DNA of 60,383 bases, the filler included, from Collodictyon triciliatum (lineage: Eukaryota): NCBI GenBank assembly GCA_043381765.1. It is 4 parts of 4 records of this genome, joined end to end, with 100 filler letters (N's around TTAATTAATTAA, not from the genome) between each part and the next. Parts side by side here need not be neighbours in the genome. Positions count along the whole stretch, not along the records: positions 30,233 to 45,283 come from JBHJMP010001741.1; 3 more parts are not named here. One strand, 5' to 3'. Made by a program: the position numbers and the translations under genes. Positions 30,233-40,890 of the stretch are shown here, piece by piece. The notes below the pieces were generated by a model, which saw nothing but the letters and a program-made list of their open reading frames with translations, was not told where the DNA came from and ran no database searches. How positions within the stretch are numbered: position 1 is the stretch's first letter; the number at the start of each line of letters is the position of its first letter.

Positions 30233-30799
30233 GGCTTCAGCTCCTCACGAAGGAGTTGCAGACATACATCCAGCGGTAGTTGGTAGAGCATCACCGAGGT
30301 CTCTGTTGGTTTACTTCTGCTGAAGCTGATCGTAATATCGATCAAACTTACCTGCTTCAGCTCCAGAAGCTTTCGGGTGTTTTCTGCAGTGCGGAAGGCG
30401 ATCAGGCAAAGGCCTTCGCTGTCCGGTAAGTGCAGTTGGATGGACTCTTCCCAAAGTTTGTTCGCTATCAAGTAGGAGGCGAGCGCATCTGTGAGTCTGC
30501 GGGCCTTGTTCTTGTTATAAACGACTTGCTTGACCCCGCGCAAAAATACTGTCCTCTCAGAAAGACTTGCAGGCGGCTTCCTTGGACAGGTCTTCTGGAC
30601 TTGTGAGTAACTCGGGGGTTTTCCGCGCCAGTGTTGGAACCAGAAGAACTGCCTGCAACTTGCAAAGCCTTCGACGGGTCGCGTCTTGTGGACGAGGAGA
30701 GATGTGGGTAGGATTATGCATAGTCATTTGGCAAGCTCAGTGCTGCTGATTTATCGACGGGAGGCTGTTGGACTCGGGTGAGGAGGAAGATTGGTGCAT
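30233..30799 (-). mobile_element. Probable decayed ORF1 (gag-like) 5' part of a non-LTR retrotransposon, cut by the scaffold end
   Basis: Intronless, GC-richer reading PSYSQV...RTVFLRGV...LCLIAFRT...SVMLYQLPLDVCLQLLREELK, resembling the RRM-like region of L1/Tx1 ORF1. The upstream S/P-rich part has a stop and frameshifts. No RT domain is visible. Confidence 0.4.
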
Positions 30800-30905
30800 G
30801 CAGAACGGAAAAATACAACATTTAGTCATATGATGATTAGGGATAAGTTGGAGTTTGGGATTGTGATACTCTGAGCATAGGTTTCCGTCCTTCGAATCGC
30901 AGTAC

Positions 30906-31682
30906 TTATTCACCACGCAAGAAATCCCGAACATCCATAAGAAGAAAACCCAGTCTGTTCTTTCCAGTGCGGTCACGGCCATCCCCCCAATAAGAGTCTG
31001 AGTCTGTTCTCTCCACAAGTTTACTGGTGCCGGTACTCAGTAAAAGCTCTTTGAGTTGTGGGTGCTGGCGAAACTTTGCAAGCAAGGCATTTCTCATTAC
31101 ATCCTCTTTGACTTCCTAAATATTGTTGAGTTGGTTTCGTGTGTATCGAAGTGCTCAAAAAGGTGTGATATCAGCTTTTTGGTTATAATGATTAAGTTAA
31201 AAACGAAAGTCACGATATGTGGTAAGGAAGGAGCTTACCTCCCAGTCTGGTCTTAGAGGATGAGCTCTCGAACCACCCATTCTTTTCGCGTCTCCAGGAG
31301 TACGACTTTTTCGAATATCTTCTTCATACTCTGTTCCTTCGAACTTCATGGCCTTTGCGAAAGGAAAAGCAAATTTGTCAGTTTCCTTTCCTTTGAAAAG
31401 ATGGAACCAGCTCCAAAATAAAGAGTCACGAGGGAATAGGCGCATGGAAACCCGGGGAGAAAGAAATCGAGGTCTGGGTCACCAAAGACTTCAACTATCA
31501 AATAATGGGCTCGTAATTGAATCGTGCGGGGGGATCAGTGGATCTGCTGGTACCTGAAAGTAGTGCTCGGTCGTAAGCCAACGTTTCCTTGCAATCTCGA
31601 CCTCATGGTGGGAAAAGTTCGAGAAGTTGCCGTACTTCTCACTCAGGCGGTAGAAGTGAATGACTTTAGGCGACGTGGACAT
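30906..31682 (-). CDS. ybiA: NADAR family N-glycosidase (YbiA-like), 3 exons, 150 aa
   Basis: Exons 31682-31554, 31352-31239 and 31115-30906 give FYR..YGNFSNF..W.TTEHYFQ|AMKF..LRPDWE|EVKEDVMRNALLAKFRQHP.LKELLLSTG..LVE..DSYWGDG..GKNRLGFLLMDVR. Confidence 0.93.
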
Positions 31683-31864
31683 GTGTGTTGCAGTCTCGTG
31701 TGTTTTGATCTGTTCTGTCTCGCTTGTCTTTGTTGATGATCATTGTTCTTCGTGCCGTATCGTTTGCCACGAAACCAGCCGGTTTTAATACAAGCCGCGA
31801 TCCGAACCCATTCTTGGAAAGGGAACCGGCTCAATATCGTATTAAAAGTTCCATATTTTCCTTT

Positions 31865-31946
31865 TTGTTTGTTTGTTTGTTTGTTTGTTTGTTTGTTTGT
31901 TTGTTTGTTTGTTTGTTTGTTTGTTTGTTTGTTTGTTTGTTTGTTT
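31865..31946. repeat. (TTTG)n microsatellite
   Basis: Visible tandem repeat. Confidence 0.9.
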
Positions 31947-32844
31947 GGGAGAGAGGGAGGAAGGTCATGTCTACGGGTTAGGGTTCACGCTCGCGATTGC
32001 GAAGGGGCAGTGTAGGGCTCATGAATATTATACGTTGTTCCAGCGCAAAGATTTTATTATTGTCAGGCTAGGTCTTCAATCTTTCTCTTGAGACTTTGTT
32101 CAATAAAGACTGCAAGCTCTTGATTTTCTTCCTGAATACATATTTGTTGTTGTTTCAGATATATTGGTTATAGTAAAAGGACACCACACATAAGAAGAGA
32201 AAAAATGATTAAGTCGCCATTATGATTTTTTCTCAGATATTCAAAAAAAAAAAAAAAAGACGGAGGATTTGGTGTTATGTGTCAAGTCCATTCGAGGGGG
32301 TATTCACCATGTTAGCTACATTCAGGCTCAAGTAAATCGGGCATCGATATTTCTTCGCTAAATGGTGATAAAGGATAAATGAGTTTCGTTTCATTCTGTG
32401 TGGCAGATAAGTCCAACCGATAAGGTTCGCTACCCAGGCGAGTGCTCATTGAATCAGCTATGGATGAATCTCCGTGGCCAATTAGCGTCGTTGTACTTAC
32501 ACTAGCTCTCTAAATCATGATATGAAACTTTAGGGATTATGTCATATTAAAAGATGCTTTAATATCAATAATCATAAGAACAACAGAGGATATGAACAAG
32601 TATTCTTTTTAAAATTGGAAGTTGCAACACCTCGTGGTGAGGTATGGACATAGAAAGATTTGACATGACAGGCGAGCTCATGACCCAGACCATGAAGGCA
32701 TTCCTCATCCGAATTATCTAGCCAGCAAAATAAAATAATAAGCCACATGAAAAGACACAGGTGTACGCATATATATGTACATAATGTACCATTTGGAATG
32801 AAGGGAAAAAAGCATTCATTCGAAATGAACTTAGTGGTCGCCAC

Positions 32845-34919
32845 TACCTGGAAGAATATTGGGACCTTGAGGAAGACCTCCGTCGACTGGAGGACAGGAA
32901 AGGGCTCAGGGACGGGCGAGGGTGCTGAGGTTGGCGGTGGATTTGATTCCATTGAATCTACTCCAGTGGTTAAAAAATAAATAAATGGAGGCTCTTAGAG
33001 GTCGAGATGGGGAGAGAAAAAATGTAGCTTTAAGTTTTCTTGAGCCAAGCGACGTAGGAATTGTGATGAGAGGAAGATCAGTGCCTCTCTTTCGGAAGGA
33101 ATGAAGAACTCGACAAATCTATTCGCCTCACGAGTTCCGTAAGTCAGAGATGTGATCAGTAAAATAAAAGAAGAAAAAGAAAAAGAAAAAGAAAAAGAAA
33201 AAGAAAAAGAAAAAGAAAAAGAAAAAGAAAAAGAAAAAGAAAAAGAAAAAGAAAAAGAAAAAGAAAAAGAAAAAGAAAAAGAACAGACATACATTAGTTT
33301 CAGTAAAAAAAAAAAAAAAAAAAAAAAACGACACGTTCCAGGGACTTGATAGTTTGCGCGACGAGAGTGGTTGTCGAGCCAATAGGCCATGGAGGGCATT
33401 GACACGCAAGCTTTCAAGAACCTGGTCAATCTGCTCTTGGCTTTCTGGGGTTTTCGATTTTTTGGGAGTCTTGCGACAGTCGTGAATCTGGACAAGAAAG
33501 GACATCGCAACTTCAGGATCCACATTATACAGAAGACCTACCATTATGCAGTATGACCTTCTGGGTAAGATATTTGGGATTGTAAAAGCCTGTGGATTGT
33601 TCGGAGAAGTGGTATCAGATTGAAGAGTCACCTATCAAGCATGCACTCACTACACCCGAACGGCCATGTCCACCCATGCAATGTATGTAGGTTTTCTAAT
33701 GTTTTTCAGATGCTCATGTCATCAAGGAATAATACAGTATATGTGTTGCTTTCTATAATATCAAGATGTACATCTGCGTTCGTTTCATGAGATACTTATT
33801 GCCTTGCTCGTTCTTTTTATGTGGGCTGTTTTTCACAATAAGACAGTGATGTAAAATTTACCATTCCTTCGGTTGTGTGTTTAATTATATCCTCAAGTAA
33901 CTCTTTCAAATAACTGTCGGGAGGACACCCGAAAACTATGGGGAGGTATCAACTTCACCGGTAAAATGGGGCATAATAACTACCAAACCCATTATACACC
34001 CATACAAATATTTTAAAATCGAAGCATAGAAAGCTATTTGATTGTGGAAATATAATACCTTTGACTGGGTAATAAATGAACTTGAAATTCATGGTATCGG
34101 CAATGCCCAAATCCTTTGCAACCTGTAAGACTGTATCCTTGTGTTGAAAATAAATTGTTGGTTTATTTGCTTGTTTTTTTTTTAAAAAAAAAATTCAACT
34201 AAAAAAAAGAGAGGGGAACTGTACAGTAGATGAAAGCATGCCATAAATTTCATTATTATGATTTCTCTTCAACTTCATTAAATCAAGCGGTAAAAAAAAA
34301 AAAGACAGAAAAAAGACATGTTAATCAGATGATGACAACAACATTATTTCTCATTTATCTTTCCTATTTATAAGTATTTTTTCTGTATGCTTAAATTGTG
34401 GTATCATGCTAGAAAGGAACCCTATAATGCGGAAGCCTCTTCTCCGTGACCATTTTTGGTGCTGTCGAATCAGGGCTTTGGACCTCTTCTTGCAGACACA
34501 CAAATACTCGAATTCCTGAAGCCATAGAGATGGTTACAAAAAGAATTAATTGCATCATCATTTGGGGCGACAAAATCACTGAAGCGTCATTCCCACAATG
34601 TCCTTAAGACCTGGGGATGATGCGAGAGTCCCTGATAGAGAAGGACTACCACAAGCAAATGTATCACAGGTGCTTTGAATCCGGTAAAAGGGGAAAAGAT
34701 GAATATATTGCGGACACCTAGTTTGACAAGGAGACAAAGCTCGATCTTCGATTTTGGGAAAGAACCCCACAGGATGCGAGATGGCAGAACCCAGTTCCAC
34801 GTCGGCCAAAGCGACTGGTACTCTGAGTGGTCCACCGTCTTCGGGAGCCCGCCAAGCAAAAGACTCTGAGTCCACGAAGGTGGCTGCTGACTGGCCTCCA
34901 TGCTGGCTTCTATGAGCAT
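32845..34919 (-). CDS. Cys-based (CX5R) protein tyrosine/dual-specificity phosphatase; 3' end uncertain
   Basis: Exons encode WNWVLPSRILWGSFP, GIRVFVCLQEE, FIYYPVK, YIHCMGGHGRSGVVSACLIG (P-loop exon ~33633-33696) and TPESQEQIDQV. Confidence 0.82.
33172..33282. repeat. (AAAAAG)n microsatellite
   Basis: Visible tandem repeat. Confidence 0.9.
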
Positions 34920-35686
34920 AGTTAGTGGCGCCGGTCTTTGGGAGTATTATTCATCGGCACTGAGTGCTTAGCGTTAATTGAAGTGTTTTAGTTGGTTTTT
35001 CCTTTACTTTTCGTCTTTCTTTTCAATTTTGATTTAAAGCCTTTTTTTTTCTATTTTTTTATTCTGTCCGCCAAGGGGATCGCCTGAGAAAAGATCAGGC
35101 CAGAGGGAAGCGAAAGTGGAAGAGACGGAAGAGCCGTTCCCGATCAAACCGACGCAGAAGAAAACGCGTTTTCATTTGGTATGTACCAATTTTGGAACAT
35201 GGCAGATTTTGTGGCAGACATCCGACGACAAACCACGCCACCAAACTTGAGGAGCTGACGATAACGAAACGGAGACCTCAGAAGAGTGGCTCTGCTCGGC
35301 TGGAGGCTCTGTGTTGGGGCTCCTCTGTCTTTTGGTTTTTCTGACTAGATATTCAGCTTTTATTATTTCTTTCTTTTCTTCTTTTCTTTTTCTTTTTCTT
35401 TTTCTTTTTCTTTTTCTTTTTCTTTTTCTTTTTCTTTTTCTTTTCTTTTTCTTTTTCTTTTTCTTTTTCTTTTTCTTTTTCTTTTTCTTTTTCTTTTTCT
35501 TTTTCTTTTTCTTTTTTCATCTCTTCAGTCACAAGTGCGTCCCACTACAATTCTAGAGCTCAACCAGGATCAAGTCCTTCGTGCAATCACAAAGAAACCC
35601 TAGAATTGGCTGGGGACACAACGGGAAAATACGAAAGAGAGAAGGGAAGTTAAAACCTCGCCCTTTTAAAAGGCTTTCCCTAAAAG

Positions 35687-38600
35687 ATGGTATCTCTCAA
35701 GATAAACTTTGCCTTTACTCTTGCTCTTGGTCTTTTGTCTTTTTGGCCCAGCCTCGCCCAGGACGCACGCTTTGTGATTTCAGATACAGTTGTGGCGCCA
35801 GATGTGTGGGCTTTTGGGACGAACTGGGCCGAGCCCAACCTAAACCAATACGCCAGAGATACAGGAATGGAGCCAACTGTCCTTCGCATGAGACTGATCG
35901 TAAGTTTGAACCAAGCAAAAATATTTTTTTTTATCGCGTCTTCACCCTTTCGGACTTCTTCCCTTTTGAACATAATTATATGTGCAATATTCTTTTTAGG
36001 TGCCCTATTTCATACCTTATCATATATTTTCTTTCCATAAGAACATGTAAATATATGATTGAGCACATCAGGCATCCGGAGGCAACAACAATAGCATTCT
36101 TTTCGAAACGGGTCCAACCACATCTGCCTGGGACACTGTCACCGATGGATTTCTTGAGGGAGCTACTGTTCGAGTTTATCGCACTGTGAATGATGTTCTT
36201 CAATTGGTCCGTGTTGACAAATGCATAAAATACAACGCATCTACACAGAATGGTCATAGTGTCATTTTAAGCGGAGATGGCCCAATTGTTCAAAATGGAG
36301 ATGCAGTTGTATTATATCTATTGGCCGTGAATGCCCCAATCGAGAAAACTGCCGCAAGAATGACTTGGCTCAAGAAGTGGGACACATGGCAAGCGTCAAC
36401 AGGGTCCTACAATTTCCGCGACTCCACGACAGTACCTCCAGTTAATGGCGGACTTTCTAGCCTATGTTTGGTGGGGACTGCTGACAAAACATATGTCGAA
36501 GTGTCGCAATATCGGTTCGGAAGTCCAGAAGTCTACATGGAAGCACTCATTCCTGGAGAATTATATGTCTTTGATCTGTGGTTAAAGCAAACAGAGATTT
36601 CCTCCAGCCAAGTAACCATCGGAATGTCTGACGATTACAAAGCTGTGCGCAATACGTTCAATGGCATCACGTCTGATTGGGCCTACTATTCGTATGAGTT
36701 TGTTGCCCCTGCATACCCTCGCCCAAACAAGCCTGTTTGTCGTATTTTTGTGGGGTTTGTAGGAAAAGGGAAGCTTTGGATAGATAACCTTCGTGTTTAT
36801 CGAAAATCCATAGCTCCCTTTGCTGTTAATCCAGAATACATTCAAGCGATCACCGACTTTAAACCAGGATGTGTCCGCATATGGAGTGGCCACACAAATA
36901 CGCAATGGGGGCTAACCATGGATAATTGGCTTCGTAATGAGCAAGAAACAAATCTTTTTTGGAACACAAATAACGGGAGAACTGACGAAGGGCACCTAAA
37001 GCTCCCTACTATCCTTCCGATCCTAGCTAGTGTGCAGACTGTCCCTTGGTTGATTCTGAGCCCGTCATTTTATGAACAGGAGTGGTTAGACTTCATCGAA
37101 TACTTGGCTGGCCCGACAACGACAACTTATGGTGCTTTGAGAGCATCGCAAGGACAAGCAGAGCCCTGGATAAGTGTTTTTGATAAAATCATAGTCGAAA
37201 GAGGAAACGAACAGTGGAACAGCATGTTTTGGCCCTGGAACGCTGGGAGCGGTAAAGAGGCTGGAATATACTCTGAATATTTTGTCCAAATTGTGAAATC
37301 AAGTCCTTACTGGAACATAGTGAAGGATAAACTTGTTTTCATGGCCAACGGGTGGATCATATCGGCTGGTGTGAATGGATTTGGGGCTTCGAATGTTCGA
37401 TACAACCCTTCATCTACTATGGTTGATGTGACTGCATACACAGGTGGGTGGGAGCTTGGCGGCACTCTGGGAGGAAACGAAGTTAATGAAAATGGCTTCA
37501 TTAATACATTAATGTACCTACCGATGGCACAGAAAGGATATGTTGATGCACAAGTTATGACAAGGGATACGCTCAAGTCTCAAGGTATAAATTACCAGCT
37601 GGCAATCTACGAAGCAGGTCCTAGCTACGGCTTGCCTAGTCCGGCCATGCCATTCAATGTTGCGCAGGAAATTTACGGAAAATCCTTAGCGAACGCCTTG
37701 TCGACTCTAGATTGTCTACTTTACAGCTCTCTGCAGAATTTTGGGCCCCAAAACTTTTTCTTGTTCCAGGCAACTGCCAATTGGGCTTCCCATTCTCCTT
37801 ATGGATTCATCCCTCACACTGCTTGGCTGGTCCTTCAGATGAGAAACCGATATGCCACAGGGCAGATGGTAAATGTTATCAACTCGCTTAGTCCTGCAAT
37901 GGATGTTGTGTCTTCCTCTGGAGCTGTGTCCAAAAATGTGCCCCTTACTGCCTCGTATGCATTTAAGAACAAAGACGGTGATTATAGTATCTTTTTCTTG
38001 TCGAGAAGATTAAATGATACGACGATTGTCCATTCAGAACTTCCATTTTCCGAAGCAAAGTCTGCCATGCTATACAAAATGGAAGGGAATCCAAGAGAGA
38101 GCAACACGTATTCCTATCATATTCACATACAGGAGCAAGTGTGGAACACAACTTCTTCGAATCTGACTTTCACTCTTCCACCTAGTGGGATATATCTCTT
38201 TGTGTTTAAGGGTGGAGTGCCCAAGATGCTCGGGGATATGAAAGCAGTTGTTTCTAGAGCTGCAGGACAACCAGAATACACAACAGACTCATATGCGAGC
38301 TATCTTGTCTACTTCGATCGACCGACACAAGGCCTAAGTCCCACTAGTATCAGTGTCAAGGGTCCAGGTGCCAAGTACACAAGTGTGGTTGTGACTGAAA
38401 TGAAGCCTAGTCAAGGAACAACATTCCATGTCCTTGTTCGTGGATTTCCCAAGGAAGGCAGATTTCGAATTGGAGTCAAAATCAGGTCTGTTCGTGGAGC
38501 TGACTCTACTTGGCTGCGCGATGTCGCCCTTGTGGACGATGGTGTTGAATTTCATTTCCCACCTGTCCAAAACTGTGTCGCCTTGTATGATGGGTTCAAT

Positions 38601-39374
38601 ATCCTTCCCAGTCAAGGTCCGTACGCTCCATCGGTTCACCAGGTCACTTCTGGTTTCGGATGGAAGTCGCACTGGTACACCCAGAGCATCAAGAATCCTT
38701 ACATCGGTCCAAACTATGAGTTGGTTGCTGTGTCTCCCATGCAGTATTTGAGCTATGGTTCTAACGGCAGTTTCCTTGTGGGTGGACTCGCGTATCAAAC
38801 TGTGAACCGTTTTATTGATGTGACAGGAAGTATGTCGCGCTGGTATGACCTCTGGAACTCCCCAGCGCGCGTAGGTCTTCCGGGAACATCGCTCTGGGTC
38901 TCTGCCTTGATGCGACGGGACTCAGATGTCTGGGATACGTCGATGTTTATGATGTCGACCGATTGGGCCTGGGTGATGTCTGCGCTGCGTGTCGGATTCG
39001 GTTATTTTGAAAAAAAGTCTGACTCTAATGGAATTCGCTACTGGTCTGTTGCAATTCGACCAAATGCCGCATCTGACCTGATTGTCGCCCGCTCCAGCGT
39101 CCCCATCACGGTTGGAGAAGAAGCGCTCCTTATCGTGAACATTCAGTTTGGCATTCAGCCAAAGGTCAATCTTTATGTCAACCCAAGAGAACTTGGAACA
39201 CCTGTCGCGCCGCGCCCATCTGCCAAGATTGTTGCCCCGTTTGGAACTGATTTACGCTTCAGTGCGGCTGGATTTTATGCTGGCAAGAACATCTATATGT
39301 CCTCCTTAGATGAAATCCGATTTGGAGACTCATACCAAGCAGTAACTTCTTCGCCCTTCAAACGCTGCTCTTGA
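35687..39374 (+). CDS. Secreted clan GH-A glycoside hydrolase (GH51/arabinofuranosidase-like) with CBM4/9-like and C-terminal beta-sandwich modules, 2 exons, ~1171 aa
   Basis: Exon 1 35687-35899 carries a signal peptide (MVSLKINFAFTLALGLLSFWPSLAQ), then a GTAAGT...CAG intron and exon 2 36072-39374 in frame. Motifs: CBM-like W..YSYEF..GKLWIDNLRVY, FIEYLAGP..T.YGALR..GQ.EPW, GNEQWN (putative acid/base), IYEAGP (putative nucleophile) and C-terminal LDEIRFGDSY. Confidence 0.85.
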
Positions 39375-39630
39375 AAGCTGATTTAGTGAAAGAAATAAAG
39401 ATGATGCAAAGACAAACTGTCTACTCTTGACACAACCATGGCTTCTCGTCACTTAGCCATAGCCTGCTTTAGTATTATCATTAAAAAAAAAAAAAAAAGA
39501 TTTTGCGTAAACCCCTAGGTGGGAAATAATACATAATCGGAAAACTCTTTGGGATTTGAGTATATTTATCAAGCAACAATCTACTGCGCTAGGGTTTTTG
39601 TGCAAACCATATGCGCCAAATACATGGAAC

Positions 39631-39702
<72 letters not shown>

Positions 39703-39848
39703 AGATATTGTGATTGGTTAGTTATGTTGCCATGCTAGGAACGGGGGTAGATTTTTCTTTCTGTTGATGTAAAAAGAAAAATGAGGGGAAAGAAAAGGAT
39801 AGAAGGAAACGATGGTGGGAGTAAAGCCTTGTGAAGCCGCCTTCTCCT

Positions 39849-40559
39849 CTAGACGGACCACGGGAGGATAACGTGTAGAAAAAGGATCGATAGAACAGAC
39901 AGGAACAACAGAAGCGACCAGTGAATGCCCAGCCCGAGCTGCGGTGTGTGGACGATGGAATCCAAAAGCAAACTTGAGTTTTTTGCAGACGCACTAAATC
40001 GGCATGTATCCCGAACACTCTCGACCAGGCTGTTGTGGCCCAGTTCAATCCAGAAGTATGGCAGAAGCGTGACAAACAGAAGTGCTGTCATTAGAAAGCA
40101 AAAGACCGGGGCGATGTTTGGACTGTATCGAAGCAAGAGCGAGACCAAGCCAAGAAAAAGAAGCAGCGTTGCGTTGAGGCCAATAAAGACATATGACGCC
40201 TTGCGCGGACCCGAGCAGAATCCTGCCGAGCACTGGCGATAATCAACTGGGCCACGACAAGAGATGCAGCAGTCGTGTTCTTCGCTATTCCAGCCACTTT
40301 TATCATTGCAACAGCAGTCGCGCGACTCCACATGATTTGCGTGGAAGCGCAACTCCATCGGAGGGTCCAGGAAGAGCTGCTCGCCGTCTCGATCCGTCGG
40401 TTTGTGCGGGCAATCAACTCTCACAACAGACCATTCGAGATCATAGAACGAGACAACAAAGAACGCAACGAGGATCAGGGAGACGATGCGCAGTACTTTC
40501 ACATTGCGAACAGCTTGTGGGCTTAACCTGTCTGTGTAGGTTTCGTCCAGATCCTCCAT
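39849..40559 (-). CDS. Intronless 236-aa four-TM (claudin/PMP22-like) membrane protein with Cys-rich first loop
   Basis: Uninterrupted ORF with four hydrophobic segments; the loop includes DCCCND and DCCISCRG..QCSAGFCS. Confidence 0.7.
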   Translation of the reverse strand: MEDLDETYTDRLSPQAVRNVKVLRIVSLILVAFFVVSFYDLEWSVVRVDCPHKPTDRDGEQLFLDPPMELRFHANHVESRDCCCNDKSGWNSEEHDCCISCRGPVDYRQCSAGFCSGPRKASYVFIGLNATLLLFLGLVSLLLRYSPNIAPVFCFLMTALLFVTLLPYFWIELGHNSLVESVRDTCRFSASAKNSSLLLDSIVHTPQLGLGIHWSLLLFLSVLSILFLHVILPWSV

Positions 40560-40576
40560 GGGGCTGCTCTCTTCCT

Positions 40577-40655
<79 letters not shown>

Positions 40656-40769
40656 TTTTGTTTTATTATTATTGTTCGCTCATATTCATGTCGTGTTTTT
40701 GTTTTTATTATGTTTTGGCCTTTTTTCAATTCTCTTTTTTTCAATTTTACTTTTACTTTTATTTTCTAC

Positions 40770-40890
40770 TAGGAGTAGCACACCATCTTCCGATTGGTAA
40801 ACCTGGTTCGCCAGTATCCAACGTCAATCCACTTTTTCAAAAAGGTTGTGTAGTGGCGAAGGCTGCCAGGAAAGACCCGACAGTCGATTT
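40770..40890 (-). ncRNA. Candidate omegaRNA scaffold of the Fanzor element
   Basis: GC-richer segment overlapping and following the Fanzor 3' end, with hairpin potential (CCACT..CTTTTTGAAAAAGTGG; TTGG..CTGG-CGAA-CCAG..CCAA). It ends abruptly at A-rich flanking sequence near 40768. Position is as expected for TnpB/Fanzor omegaRNAs. Confidence 0.35.
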
